From assembly GCA_046482545.1 (NCBI GenBank), contig JAWOEX010000028.1:224001-288000 (forward strand): a stretch of DNA of 64,000 nt, in the 5' to 3' direction. The position numbers and the translations under genes were made by a program. The notes beneath the pieces are model-generated. The model searched no databases. It was given only the letters and a program-made list of their open reading frames with translations, and was not told where the DNA came from. Source of the DNA: Candidatus Thorarchaeota archaeon. Lineage in GTDB: Archaea > Asgardarchaeota > Thorarchaeia > Thorarchaeales > Thorarchaeaceae. Within the stretch, counting starts at the first letter, position 1. Each line of letters opens with the position of its first letter. Shown one piece after another: positions 18,006-28,807 of the stretch.

Positions 18006-18503
18006 ATGGGAAAACGTGGAAAAGAAATTGTTGGTTTGAATGTGGATGAACTCATTGAGAAGCTCAACAAAGCGTTCGCTGACGAGTGGCTCGCCTATTA
18101 TCAGTACTGGATAGGCTCAGAAGTCGCAGTAGGTCCCATGAGGGGAGCTGTTGTAGCTGAGCTGGTTGAGCATGCTGGAGACGAGCTTCGACATGCAGGA
18201 ATGCTTTCAGAAAGAATTTTGACGCTGGGTGGAACTCCATTGCTCAGCCCAGAAGACTGGTTTGATTACTACAATTGCGAATATGCAACTCCAGAAGAAC
18301 CTGACGTGCCAAAGCTGCTGGAACAGAATATTGAGGCAGAGCGTTGTGCTATAGATGTTTATCATGAGCTGGTGAACATGACTGAAGGAAAAGATCAGGT
18401 CACCTACAATCTGGCCCTAGAAGTCATGGAAGATGAAGTTGAGCACGAAGAAGACCTCGAAGCATTGATGGAAGACATAGAAGTAATGAAGAAAAAGGCA
18501 TAG
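18006..18503 (+). CDS. DPS-like (DpsL) ferritin-family protein
   Basis: ADEWLAYYQY, ELRHA, EAERCAI and DEVEHE di-iron ligands; TATA (TATATAAA) near 17890. Confidence 0.92.
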   Translation: MGKRGKEIVGLNVDELIEKLNKAFADEWLAYYQYWIGSEVAVGPMRGAVVAELVEHAGDELRHAGMLSERILTLGGTPLLSPEDWFDYYNCEYATPEEPDVPKLLEQNIEAERCAIDVYHELVNMTEGKDQVTYNLALEVMEDEVEHEEDLEALMEDIEVMKKKA

Positions 18504-18515
18504 AATAATTAGGGC

Positions 18516-18558
18516 TTGCTCTCTCACGCGCTGAGAGAGCAAATTATTTTCTTTTCTT
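18516..18558 (+). terminator. Hairpin + U-tract terminator
   Basis: TTGCTCTCTCA-CGCGC-TGAGAGAGCAA then ATTATTTTCTTTTCTT. Confidence 0.75.
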
Positions 18559-18649
18559 GCAGCTTATACACTAAGTGAGTCATTCATCGGGATTACCAAT
18601 TGAGATGGAAATTCTATCATTTCAGCCTTCTAGCGGGATTGGAAAGTCA

Positions 18650-19099
18650 TCAGCTGGGCTCAACTACCTCAACTGATTCGAAGTTGGTCACAACGTACAT
18701 TTTCTCTATCGAAACTCGGATGATAGCAGTGCCAGCTGAATGCAGGAATTCTTTGAGCTTAGGATGACGTTCAGCCAAAAGGTCAACATAGCTCAGCCTT
18801 TCAGACCTCTTGATGTCTTCAGCCGTTCCCACCACCGAAACCGAAATTGCCTCAGTAACATCATCAGGCTGATTCGTTGTGTTGTCGATTAGTAGTGCAA
18901 CAGAAGGATTAGCTTCCATTTGCTTATACTTCAAACGCGCTCGCTTTGTCGCGAAAACCAAGTAACGAAGGTCTTGACTAACAAGAAATGACACCAAACA
19001 GCAGTATGGCTCGTCATCTTTCGAAGTGGCAAGCGCTGCATTCAGTTGTGAATCAAACAAGTTCCTGAGTCTCTCTTTAGTTTCCTCTGAAATATCCAT
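18650..19099 (-). CDS. Pyridoxamine 5'-phosphate oxidase-family FMN-binding protein
   Basis: ALATSKDDEPY, FATKR, K..QMEANPSVALL. Confidence 0.88.
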   Translation of the reverse strand: MDISEETKERLRNLFDSQLNAALATSKDDEPYCCLVSFLVSQDLRYLVFATKRARLKYKQMEANPSVALLIDNTTNQPDDVTEAISVSVVGTAEDIKRSERLSYVDLLAERHPKLKEFLHSAGTAIIRVSIEKMYVVTNFESVEVVEPS

Positions 19100-19101
19100 A
19101 T

Positions 19102-20544
19102 CTACTCCATCTCCTCGTTCGGTGCGTCATCGCCCCTACTTTCTGGTCGTGTCATTCTTTCTGGGTCCAGCAGAACGTCCAGCCATTTCTGATCCATGAT
19201 ACCCTCCTCGAAAGCAATCTCTCGAATCGACTTCCCTGTATCCAATGCTTTCTTTGCAATTCGAGTTGCTGCCTTGTAACCAATTACAGGATTGAGTACA
19301 GTAACCAGACCTACGCTTCTGTGGACTACGTCCAATCCTTCTTGGTTCGCCTCGATTCCTTTGATACATTTCTCTGCAAGTATCGGGATTGAATTCTTGA
19401 GAACTTTCAACGCCTGAAAGAAGTTGTAGGCTATCAACGGCTCAAAGGCATTCAATTCTAGCTGCCCTTCTTGGGCGGCCATAGATATCACCATGTCATG
19501 ACCAAGCACCTGAAACGCGCATTGCATTACCATTTCAGGTACAACAGGATTCACCTTGCCAGGCATAATAGAGGAGCCGGGCTGTACAGGAGGCAGCTTG
19601 ATTTCGTGGAACCCTCCTACTGGGCCTGAAGACATGAGGATAAGATCACCACATATCTTGCTGAGGTTGGTCGCATTAACTTTCAGCAGGCCTGAAGCAT
19701 GCACGAATTCGTCACTGTTTTGTGTATCATCGATAAGATCGGTGGCCGTAGTTAATTCATCCAACCCCGTGACTTCTCGAAGATACTTTTCGGCTAAATC
19801 AATATACTTTGGGTGGGCATTCAAAGAAGTGCCAATAGCAGTAGCTCCAATGTTATGGGTCTTTAGAATATCTATCGCAGATTCGATTCTCAGTAAATCT
19901 CTTTTGAGAGCTGCAGACCAAGCTGAGAACTCTTGACCCAGCATTATTGGGACCGCATCCTGCATCTCAGTCCGTCCAAGCTTAAGCACATCTTTGAATT
20001 CCTCTGCTTTATTGTCTAGAGCAGTAATAAGGTCTCGGAGGGCGCCTGATAGTTCCCTGAATCCGTAAATCGTGGCTATCTTGATGGCTGTTGGGTAAAC
20101 GTCATTGGTTGACTGCGACATATTGGCATGGTCAATTGCAGAAACGGGACCCATGGAATTTGGAGGGTGACCAAGTAGTTCGTTGGCTCTTGAAGCAATG
20201 ACCTCATTCATGTTCATATTGGTACTGGTTCCGGCTCCTCCCTGCATCATATCCACGGTGAACTCGTCTATCATCTCACCGTCGATTATCTCTTCGCAGG
20301 CCTGAACGATAGCATCAGCATACTCCTCTTCGAGGTGACCAAGATTTTTGTTCGCCTGTGTACAAGCCTTCTTCACCATTGCTAGAGCCTTGACAAGCGT
20401 TGGGTAATTTGCAAGGGGAACACGGGATACTCCAAAGTTCTCCTGGGCACGAAGAGTTTGAATACCCCAATAAACCTCGGATGGTACCTTTCGCTCACCA
20501 ATAAGATCACTTTCAATCCGGTATTCCTGCTCTTCAGTCGCCAT
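19102..20544 (-). CDS. aspA: Aspartate ammonia-lyase
   Basis: QGGAGTSTNMN, GRTEMQDA, GSSIMPGKVNP. Confidence 0.93.
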   Translation of the reverse strand: MATEEQEYRIESDLIGERKVPSEVYWGIQTLRAQENFGVSRVPLANYPTLVKALAMVKKACTQANKNLGHLEEEYADAIVQACEEIIDGEMIDEFTVDMMQGGAGTSTNMNMNEVIASRANELLGHPPNSMGPVSAIDHANMSQSTNDVYPTAIKIATIYGFRELSGALRDLITALDNKAEEFKDVLKLGRTEMQDAVPIMLGQEFSAWSAALKRDLLRIESAIDILKTHNIGATAIGTSLNAHPKYIDLAEKYLREVTGLDELTTATDLIDDTQNSDEFVHASGLLKVNATNLSKICGDLILMSSGPVGGFHEIKLPPVQPGSSIMPGKVNPVVPEMVMQCAFQVLGHDMVISMAAQEGQLELNAFEPLIAYNFFQALKVLKNSIPILAEKCIKGIEANQEGLDVVHRSVGLVTVLNPVIGYKAATRIAKKALDTGKSIREIAFEEGIMDQKWLDVLLDPERMTRPESRGDDAPNEEME

Positions 20545-20644
20545 TCATTTCACACCGCTTAAGCTCTATTTACTCAATCCATGTTATGTCTTTTGCAGAC
20601 TGGGTCAGGCGGTTGAGTTACGCATAATTGAACTCTTGGAGTGA

Positions 20645-21520
20645 ATGGGCAAATATCGTTACTCTACGATTTTGATCCTTTGGTTTCTGCTCTCCATGTT
20701 TAGCATACCGCCCACCCAGAAAGCTTCTGCTGATATTATCGTATCATCAGAGGGGGACGGAGGACTACCGTATCCGTTGCTCACAAACGCTAGCATGCCT
20801 GAAGCGGACGTTGAGATTAACATGTCATGTACAAGAACCGCTCCCAAGCAAGTGCGATATGACATCAACATGACCGCCTCTTTTCTGGTTTTCTCTCCAT
20901 ACTCACAGAATGCCACGATAGCTTTCGTCTTGCCTTCACCTCCCTTAGGACCTTCCACTACCACAGATGAGTGTAGTGCGGACGTCTTGGTTGACGAAAA
21001 AGACTTGGATTTCGAACGTGTAGAATGGGAACAACTCAACGTGTCTTAGGGTCTAAACGAATCTGAATGGTATTGGGCAGGAAACCCCGAGTGTTTGGTT
21101 TTCAATATGAGCCTTGAAGAGAATAGCCCTTCTCAAATCAAGGTAACTACTGAAATAGTGATTTCAACAGGTACAACTGCCTTTGCCTATAGTTACCATG
21201 TTGGTACTGCAAGGACTTGGAGTGGCGATACATATGAGACTCTGACAATTTCTGTTAATGATAACGTGGGATTTGTCAATCAAGGCTTCTATCCTGAACA
21301 GAATCTCTCTACAACGAGGGATGAGCCCACCATCACAGGCTCTTGGGAATTCAATATATCTGAATTCATTTACGAATCTGTAGGTTTCAGTTGTCAACAT
21401 TGGGAAGTGTCAAGATACCGACCACATCCAGATTGGTTCCTTGTTTACTCAACATATCTTGGCCTTGGGGTTCTTGTGATAATACTTGTCTATAAGGGAA
21501 TTCAGAGATATTATAGCTAG
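20645..21520 (+). pseudogene. Secreted, C-terminally membrane-anchored protein interrupted by one in-frame TAG (21047-21049)
   Basis: ORFs 20645-21049 and 21095-21520 are in the same frame. Readthrough gives ...QLNVS*GLNESEWYWAGNPECLVFNM..., joining a signal peptide to a C-terminal TM. Confidence 0.75.
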
Positions 21521-21570
21521 AGTATATGAGATTCTAGGTCAGAGAAATTTCAGAATGGCACCAGTGATGC

Positions 21571-23163
21571 TCAAAATCCTGCAGCTTGACCATCCTTTCG
21601 AAAATCGGAACCAGCTATCCATGCATCTCTTAGACGAAATATAGCTTGCCCACCACCGAATCCAGCCATGGTTTCGTGTGCAATTGAATGACCTCGTTTT
21701 CTCAGCTCACCTTGTGCTTGTGGTGGTATGCCATTCTCCAGAGCAACAATGTTCGAGTTCTGATCATGGTGAAATCTAGGATGGTCCAACGCTTCTTGGG
21801 GCGACATCTCATAGTCCAGCATGTTACTCACAAATTGAGCGTGCGCTTGTGCCTGATGAGGACCACCCATGATACCAAACACTCCAAGCAAATCTCCATT
21901 AGAGTAAGCGGCACCGGGAATGATAGTGTGGAATGGACGCTTGCCTGGTTCATAGCAGTTAGGATGGTCATGGTCAAGGGAGAAGAGCCGCCCTCTGTTT
22001 TGAAGTTTGATTCCCCACTCCGGTACCACAAGTCCACTGCCGAATCCCATGTATAGACTATTAATGAATGATATCGCTCGGCCATCCTTGTCAGCGGCAG
22101 CAAGGTAAACTGTATCGGTTCCCACATCAATCCCGCTTTCGGGAACATCCATGGCCTTGTCTGGCTTGATGAGCTTGGAACGCTTACGAGCATTTTGCTT
22201 CGAGAGTAGTTGGCCCAAGGGTACATCGTAGAAATCAGGGTCAGCGTTATGTTGATACAAGTCAGCATAGGCCATCTTCTTTGCTTCAATCATTATATGA
22301 TATCGCCCAGCTGAAAGGTGGTCAAGTTCCGAGAACTCGAATTCCTCCATCATGTTCAGCATTTCGAGTGCTGCGAAACCCTGCCCATTAGGCCCATGCT
22401 CGTAGATATCAACACCCCTGTAAGATGTAGAAATCGGCGAGGTCTGTTCAGTCTTATGATCTGCTAGGTCTTCAGCTTTCAGGAAACCACCGTGTTCCTG
22501 TACTGTTTCAACTATGCTATCAGCAATTGCACCGGAATAGAAGGAAGAGATTCCATTCTCAGCAACTTCTCTAAAGGTCCGTGCCAGTCTAGGATTGTCC
22601 ATTCTCTCGCCCGGTTTTGGGGCTCTGCCGTCTATGGTGAAAATGGTCTCAGCAGTTTCGTTTCTGAGGGCTGAAAGCAATAGGTCCCAAACTTCCGCAA
22701 TGACGGGTGATACTGGAAAGCCGTCTTCAGCGTAGTAAATCGCTGGACTCAGAACCGTCCCAAAATCTAGAGCGCCGTAGTTGGATATCAGGAAGTGCCA
22801 TAGATGCATCGCTCCTGGAACTGTAACAGGCGCACCTCCTCTGACGGGTATCCTATCCCATCCTCGTTCTCGAAGCTCATCGAGTGTGACAAGAGAGCCT
22901 GCTCTTCCAGACCCATTGAATGCTAGAGGTTCTGACTCTCCTGGCACATGCAGCAAAGCAAAAGCATCACCACCGCAACCAGTCGAGAAAGGCTCAACAA
23001 CATCAAGAGTAGCTGCTGTTGCAACTGCTGCATCAACAGCATTGCCGCCTTGTTGCAGCATCTTCAAACCGACCTGTGTAGCAAGTGGCTGCGATGAAGC
23101 AACAATTCCTCGGTCTGCAATAACATCTGATCTGCCTGTGGGTCTACGCCAAAAGATCATCAT
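21571..23163 (-). CDS. ggt: Gamma-glutamyltransferase
   Basis: GGNAVDAAVA, catalytic Thr in DTVYL, KRPFHTIIP, GSDFRKDG. Confidence 0.93.
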   Translation of the reverse strand: MMIFWRRPTGRSDVIADRGIVASSQPLATQVGLKMLQQGGNAVDAAVATAATLDVVEPFSTGCGGDAFALLHVPGESEPLAFNGSGRAGSLVTLDELRERGWDRIPVRGGAPVTVPGAMHLWHFLISNYGALDFGTVLSPAIYYAEDGFPVSPVIAEVWDLLLSALRNETAETIFTIDGRAPKPGERMDNPRLARTFREVAENGISSFYSGAIADSIVETVQEHGGFLKAEDLADHKTEQTSPISTSYRGVDIYEHGPNGQGFAALEMLNMMEEFEFSELDHLSAGRYHIMIEAKKMAYADLYQHNADPDFYDVPLGQLLSKQNARKRSKLIKPDKAMDVPESGIDVGTDTVYLAAADKDGRAISFINSLYMGFGSGLVVPEWGIKLQNRGRLFSLDHDHPNCYEPGKRPFHTIIPGAAYSNGDLLGVFGIMGGPHQAQAHAQFVSNMLDYEMSPQEALDHPRFHHDQNSNIVALENGIPPQAQGELRKRGHSIAHETMAGFGGGQAIFRLRDAWIAGSDFRKDGQAAGF

Positions 23164-23184
23164 GTATTCCTCAATCCCTGTGAA

Positions 23185-24558
23185 CTAAACCAGGACATAG
23201 CCATTATTTGCCCAAGCGTGTGTCCCGCCTAGAGGGACAGCAACATCCTTGAAATCCGACCTCTTGAGAATAGATGCTCCAATGGTGCTTCTGAAGCCAG
23301 ACGGACAGACTGAGACTGTCTTCTTGTCCGGGTCTAAATCCCCAATATGATCACGAATCTCTGTAAGAGGTGTGAGTTTCGTTCCAGGGATGAAATTCCC
23401 ATTCGCCTCATGTTCCTCCCGCACATCGATAATCTGCAGTCCGTTGTCATTCATCCATTGTTTCAGCTCTGGAGCACTGGGGTGACCGATACTCGCAACT
23501 TGTCTTCCGCTGTGTTCCCAACCCATTAGTCCGCCAGCAAGCGCCCCAACGAAGTTGTCATATCCAAGTCTAACCATGTAGTTCCATGCAGTTTCCAGCT
23601 GAGAGGGTTTTTCTGCTACGACCAAATAGTGGTCATTGTAGTCTGATACCCAGCCCAAGAAAATTCCCATCATCTGCAGTCCCATAAACATCGAATCGGG
23701 AATATGCTTGCTGACAAATGAGCTAGGGGTGCGGATGTCGATAACAACATGATTATCCTCTTGCATCAGTTCCTCAAACGTTCGCATTTCAAGAAGGCGA
23801 GGTCGCTGAACCTCTGATAGCAGAGGAGGCCCTTCTAGGTTATACACCTCGCAGCGGGTGAAGTAGTCTGGAATCATAAGATTTGCATTGAGCCTACCTT
23901 CCACAAATTCCTCTTCGTCCTTCTGCAACCGCGGATTGTTCTCTCGTTCATAACCAATCGTTGTTACAGGACGAGCAGCCATGTCTGCACCACATACGGA
24001 ACCAGCTCCATGTGCCGGGTACACAATCACTCCGTCAGGAAGCTCAAGCACTTTGTCATGCAGACTATGATACAGTTTTCGTGATTGTTCTTCATGCTTC
24101 TTGATATCTACAAGGTCCGTTCTACCTACGTCATTCACAAAGAGTGTATCGCCCGTAAAGACCGCTAGTGGATTATCACCCGTCGATGTGTCCGTTACAA
24201 CGTAGCATATGCTATCGTTGGTGTGGCCAGGCGTATAGAGGCATTCAATTTCTAAATCTCCAACTTCGAACTTCTCGCCGTCTGCAATGTCGTGGTCTCC
24301 ATACTTGAAAGGAGCACCATGTTTGCTGTGCCCAATCTCGAGTGATGGAATTAGACTTTGAAGTTCCACCGAGCCTATTATTAGGTCCTCGTTTCTATGT
24401 GTCTCGAAGACATACTTGATTCCTGAGTTTCTCTGAATCGCCATTTCCTCATAGATCTGTGCGTCTCTTCGTGGATCGATAACCATGGCTTCGCCTTTTG
24501 ATTCGACGAAGTAGGAAAGAGCAGCCAAACCCTCGGATACAACTGTTGTGACTTCCAT
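23185..24558 (-). CDS. MBL-fold hydrolase + tandem rhodanese fusion
   Basis: ETHRNED, TPGHT, FTGDTLF, PAHGAGS, two rhodanese domains (CPSGFRS). Likely ATG at 24558 with GAGGT SD. Confidence 0.9.
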   Translation of the reverse strand: MEVTTVVSEGLAALSYFVESKGEAMVIDPRRDAQIYEEMAIQRNSGIKYVFETHRNEDLIIGSVELQSLIPSLEIGHSKHGAPFKYGDHDIADGEKFEVGDLEIECLYTPGHTNDSICYVVTDTSTGDNPLAVFTGDTLFVNDVGRTDLVDIKKHEEQSRKLYHSLHDKVLELPDGVIVYPAHGAGSVCGADMAARPVTTIGYERENNPRLQKDEEEFVEGRLNANLMIPDYFTRCEVYNLEGPPLLSEVQRPRLLEMRTFEELMQEDNHVVIDIRTPSSFVSKHIPDSMFMGLQMMGIFLGWVSDYNDHYLVVAEKPSQLETAWNYMVRLGYDNFVGALAGGLMGWEHSGRQVASIGHPSAPELKQWMNDNGLQIIDVREEHEANGNFIPGTKLTPLTEIRDHIGDLDPDKKTVSVCPSGFRSTIGASILKRSDFKDVAVPLGGTHAWANNGYVLV

Positions 24559-24986
24559 CCCGTGAACCTCTCTTGAATCTAGACGGTAGTCTAGGTCTAT
24601 TAATGTTTCACAACGGAAGAGCCAATGAAAACTTAAGCCTGGCTTAATGCGCGTACTGAGATTAAACCTACCCAAATCTGAATATGTAAGGGTGTAAAGT
24701 TCTCTGGTTTTAGGGTTTGTTAACGTGAGAACCGCCTGTGCACCTTGATAGCTCATGGGTTTGTGGGGAGGCTGAGTGTTCTGATTCTCCTCACGTACTC
24801 GATGATATGTTCCATGTCTATCATCGCCTTGGAGACCAAATCATCGACCTTGTCACTAATCCCCTTGGTCTTTCCAATCGAGATGATTTCGCCCGACGCG
24901 CATGGTAACCATAGCCTGTATGACATGTTTGTGGAGGTATATTAACTCAGATAGCCGATACTCGTCGCAAGTATTGCCCCGCGTGG

Positions 24987-26459
24987 TCAGATGTCCTTGG
25001 TCTGAATGGAGATAGTGACGGTCACTCTCAATTGGCACTGGGTTGAGTTGCTCGAGGGATTCTCAAATCGCAGCACCCAGAGGTGGACACCACTTGCATA
25101 GAGACTAGACCAGCCATAACCTGTTTCGTCGTCTCCCTTGTCGAAATGCACTGAGTAACCAGGTGTGACGTTCAGGCGTTCGGTCTCGTTCATAGCCCCG
25201 AATTCCTCAGCGTCTAGCGGAAGCACGTGGTGTCTACAGTGCAGCGGCAGAGGGCAGTCACCCCAATCGAGGATGTTGATTCTGATTTGGCGCCAGTTCT
25301 CTTGGCCAGCAGGGGGTTCTGGAACCTCGACCTCACCGTAGACCCACTCACCGATAGCAACCTGTACTCCCGAGGGGTCCGTCTCGTAGAGGACTGTGAT
25401 GTCCTCCTCCTGCCATGAGATCTCATTGAGCTGATAGAAAGGTGGGAAGACCACAATGAAGGCGAGTAGGGCCACTGCGAAGACCCGCCGACGAAACCTC
25501 AGCGCCGCACGGGCATTGTCAAGCAGCTGCAGCTTGGTGGCATCATCAACCTGTCGCTCGGTTGTCACCATTGTGTCCCGGTCCCCGCCATCGACCCAAC
25601 CGTTCTGCTCAAGCCGCCACAATCGAATATTCCTCCCGAAGAGCGATCGGGTCAGAGGTAGAAGCAGGAGGGAGATGAAAATCAGGGTCACGGTCGGGAT
25701 GAGTAGATACACCGGGTCGAAGGCGACGCCAATCAGCATCTCCATGTTGCCTCTGTCGAGAAAGCTGTGACCTGACAGCGCAATCGCAGTGAATCTATAC
25801 AGATGGTACGGTGAGTACAGCACCAGCTCGTTGTAGCTGACCATCCAGGGTGTGAAACCGGTCACAAGGGCGAAGACACCGAGAAGGACGCTTCCCCCTA
25901 GTGCGGCCAACCGCCACTCATCCAGAACGACTGCGATGAGAGAGGTCAGCGAACAGAGAACTAGGGAGAAGACCGGGGTGGGGAGAAGGGCAGCGGGCAG
26001 ATACGCAAGTACTGCTGCCGGTTCAACATCAGGGAACTGGGCGATTGCAATGCCGAAGGCAACGAATGTGAAGAGGACCATGTACAGGGATGTGATCACA
26101 AGCTGCACAATGAACCGTCTGCGCAGAGATGGTGCCTGTTGCGGTACAGAGCTAGACCGATGGGACATCACGTCGTCTGGACTGGGGGTGGTCAGGAGGA
26201 GTGCAGCACTGAGGGAGAAGGGCACTCCGGTCACCAGTATCGTGGCCACCAGATTTATGGCGACAAAGGCCGCACCAAAGGGTCCATACCAGTAGGCATT
26301 GGGCAACAACATCGTTAACAGCGTGGTCCCTGCTGAGACTGCCAGCCACAGGAGCAACCTGCGCCAAGATAGGCCTAGTTCTGAAAGCTGCCATCCAGCC
26401 CTGTTGACATCCTGCGGAGAATCTTCGCCGTCTTCTTCTGTGGCATCATCGGCGGACAT
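24987..26459 (-). CDS. Multi-pass membrane protein (ABC-2-permease-like N-terminus) with an extracellular C-terminal domain
   Basis: About 7 hydrophobic segments, YSPYH motif, C-terminal beta-rich domain; visibly GC-richer than its flanks. Confidence 0.65.
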   Translation of the reverse strand: MSADDATEEDGEDSPQDVNRAGWQLSELGLSWRRLLLWLAVSAGTTLLTMLLPNAYWYGPFGAAFVAINLVATILVTGVPFSLSAALLLTTPSPDDVMSHRSSSVPQQAPSLRRRFIVQLVITSLYMVLFTFVAFGIAIAQFPDVEPAAVLAYLPAALLPTPVFSLVLCSLTSLIAVVLDEWRLAALGGSVLLGVFALVTGFTPWMVSYNELVLYSPYHLYRFTAIALSGHSFLDRGNMEMLIGVAFDPVYLLIPTVTLIFISLLLLPLTRSLFGRNIRLWRLEQNGWVDGGDRDTMVTTERQVDDATKLQLLDNARAALRFRRRVFAVALLAFIVVFPPFYQLNEISWQEEDITVLYETDPSGVQVAIGEWVYGEVEVPEPPAGQENWRQIRINILDWGDCPLPLHCRHHVLPLDAEEFGAMNETERLNVTPGYSVHFDKGDDETGYGWSSLYASGVHLWVLRFENPSSNSTQCQLRVTVTISIQTKDI

Positions 26460-26680
26460 TCTTCATCAGAGACCCCTACGCTGTGTCTGGTGCATAGAAA
26501 CCAAGTGAGTATGTATACTTCATGGGTAATAACGGTTTCGAGAAGAGCAGTGACTGTGCTCCTGCCTGGAAACAAGGGCGAAGGCCTCCTCGGAACAAGA
26601 GAGCTGGTCATGGCGTCCACACTATCAGCATAGTTCGTAGTGCTCCCAGATCCGCAAGACTGCTATGTCCCCCACCATAT

Positions 26681-27370
26681 CTAATCTACTGTGAGCAGAG
26701 CCGGTTCAGTGTGGTCAGTGCGGGCAGTAACCTGAATATCCCGGCCCGCGACGTCGATGTAGACCTTGAGTCCAACGGCAAACTTGTAGTGGACATCGCT
26801 GCTTAAGTCCACGGTAAACCATTTTGTTTTTTGTCTATTGGAGTAAGTTTTCTCGTAATTATCCCATGACCATTGAGGCCCCTGGATGCTCCAACCGTCT
26901 GCCACCTTCTCTTGGGGCAGGTTCTCATCTGCATCATATACTCGAAAGACTACCATGAGTGTCACTTTGGCAAGGTTACCAGCTGCAATCCTAAAGTCTA
27001 TGTCATACTGGGCCTTGATGTACCAGTTTGATGTGACCGATTGTGTGGTTTCATAGTCCGCTCCAACCCACGCCGCGGACCACGTTCCCTTCCAGTATGA
27101 CAAAGGATAGTAGAGTGGAACTACCTCTATCTCGCATTCGCCAGTATTGGCGTGAGCGGCAACAGTATCAAAGTTGCTTGGTTGATCTTCACCCGAATCG
27201 CTATAGGAGGGTGTATCGGATCCTCCGAAAGCAGCTGCAACAGGTGTGACTTGATGAGCTATGACTATTGTCATGAGTACCAAGGCCGATGCTAACACGT
27301 TTCTTCTATACAATAGATGCTTCATATTTCTAAACCTCCTCTCATCCCACCAAGATGAGTCTATACTCAT
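26681..27370 (-). CDS. Hypothetical secreted protein
   Basis: Signal-peptide-like segment (RRNVLASALVLMTIVIAHQVTPVAA) followed by a beta-rich domain. Confidence 0.7.
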   Translation of the reverse strand: MSIDSSWWDERRFRNMKHLLYRRNVLASALVLMTIVIAHQVTPVAAAFGGSDTPSYSDSGEDQPSNFDTVAAHANTGECEIEVVPLYYPLSYWKGTWSAAWVGADYETTQSVTSNWYIKAQYDIDFRIAAGNLAKVTLMVVFRVYDADENLPQEKVADGWSIQGPQWSWDNYEKTYSNRQKTKWFTVDLSSDVHYKFAVGLKVYIDVAGRDIQVTARTDHTEPALLTVD

Positions 27371-27659
27371 GGTGTCGAGGCATAATAAAAGGAATAATAA
27401 TGATTTAAATATTTCGGGTTTTATTCGACGTGTGGCGGAAAAGTTGTGAAAAGTGTCTCACGTCTCGCGGATGACGCCACACCGACAGGTCATAGTACAG
27501 GAGGACAAAAAGGCTATGAGAACCAATGAAAGAGCATCTAGAGACGTGAGCCGTCATGATATTCAATTGCATATTTTCAGAGTTGTGGGAATCCACAGCC
27601 AAAATTGAAATGCCTTCGAGCTGAGAGTTTTTGCAGGTTATTGAATATGGAGCCCTCGT

Positions 27660-27950
27660 ATGGGTGAAGAATCAATCCAATACGAGGATACATCTGGCAG
27701 AAGTCGAGAATGGATTGCTTCGATAGACGTTCGAAGAATCAACATGAGAAACAAGAACATCGCATTCGTCAATCTTGCTGAGCTAGAGGAATGCGCAGAA
27801 TTGGAGGAACTGAATCTTTCTTGGAATGAAATCACGAAGTAGATATCGGAGAAACAATTCTTTTCAAGGAGAACTTCGAAGTGGGACCATTCGTTATTGC
27901 CGCTACACTGGTTGAGCCTAATATGTGGCATCTAATCAGCACATCGCAAA
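27660..27950 (+). pseudogene. Leucine-rich-repeat protein remnant
   Basis: INMRNKNIAFVNLAELEECAELEELNLSWNEIT (LxxLxLxxN) then TAG at 27840-27842. The right boundary is approximate. Confidence 0.55.
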
Positions 27951-28226
27951 TCTCTCCGCAAGCTCTACCCACAACCAAAGATGGAGTCAAGATTGCAGAA
28001 TCTGAAAGGAAAAACTCGGGATAATTGTGAACTATTTCGAAGAAACGGAGGCCGAAGATGTTGTATTTGAGCCCTGTGAGTGGAAAATTTCCTCTCCCGC
28101 GAAGGCAAAGCATTGCAAATCGTTGATCGAGCCGCAAAGCGCTGGAGAAGATAGGCACATTCACGGACTCCGAGAAGTAGCCTTTATTAGACGTGCCCGT
28201 TTTCCAACGTGAGAGAGGGTACCCTC

Positions 28227-28805
28227 ATGGAAAAGATGCAAGATGCGCTCAAATGGGAACAGCGTTCAGAACTCGTCAAGACGTTATTCCTCCTCGGGAT
28301 AGTGGTCTTGGCGACTTTTGGGGGCTATGGTATTTTCATGCTTTCCATGGGCACGACAACTCCACTTGTCGTTGTCACCAGCGAATCGATGGAGCCGACC
28401 CTCTATCCAGGAGACTTACTGGTCCTTCAGGGCCGGCCGGCTGAGGATATCGCTGTTGGAGATATTATCGTTTACGAGGATGACTGGTACGGTGACGCTC
28501 CAATAGTGCACCGCGTCATTTCTATTAATGTAGAGGGTGGTAACTACTATTACTTTACACAGGGGGACAATAATGCAGTCGCCGATCCAGGCAATCGAAC
28601 ATATGATGAAGTGGTGGGCGTAATGGTGCTTAGAATTCCGGCTTTAGGCCACGTAAGCCTGTTTCTCAGAACACCTCTTGGCATCGCCACGACGGCGGTA
28701 ATCTTTGTACTGATTCTCGTTTTACCTGAATACGTGTGCCCGGAGGACAAAGAAGATACCGATGACAACAACGCTAAGGGAGAAAAGCCATCCGTGTCCG
28801 AGTAA
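28227..28805 (+). CDS. Signal peptidase I (archaeal Sec11-type)
   Basis: SESMEPTL..GDL, IVHRV, TQGDNN; N- and C-terminal TMs. Confidence 0.92.
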   Translation: MEKMQDALKWEQRSELVKTLFLLGIVVLATFGGYGIFMLSMGTTTPLVVVTSESMEPTLYPGDLLVLQGRPAEDIAVGDIIVYEDDWYGDAPIVHRVISINVEGGNYYYFTQGDNNAVADPGNRTYDEVVGVMVLRIPALGHVSLFLRTPLGIATTAVIFVLILVLPEYVCPEDKEDTDDNNAKGEKPSVSE

Positions 28806-28807
28806 GT

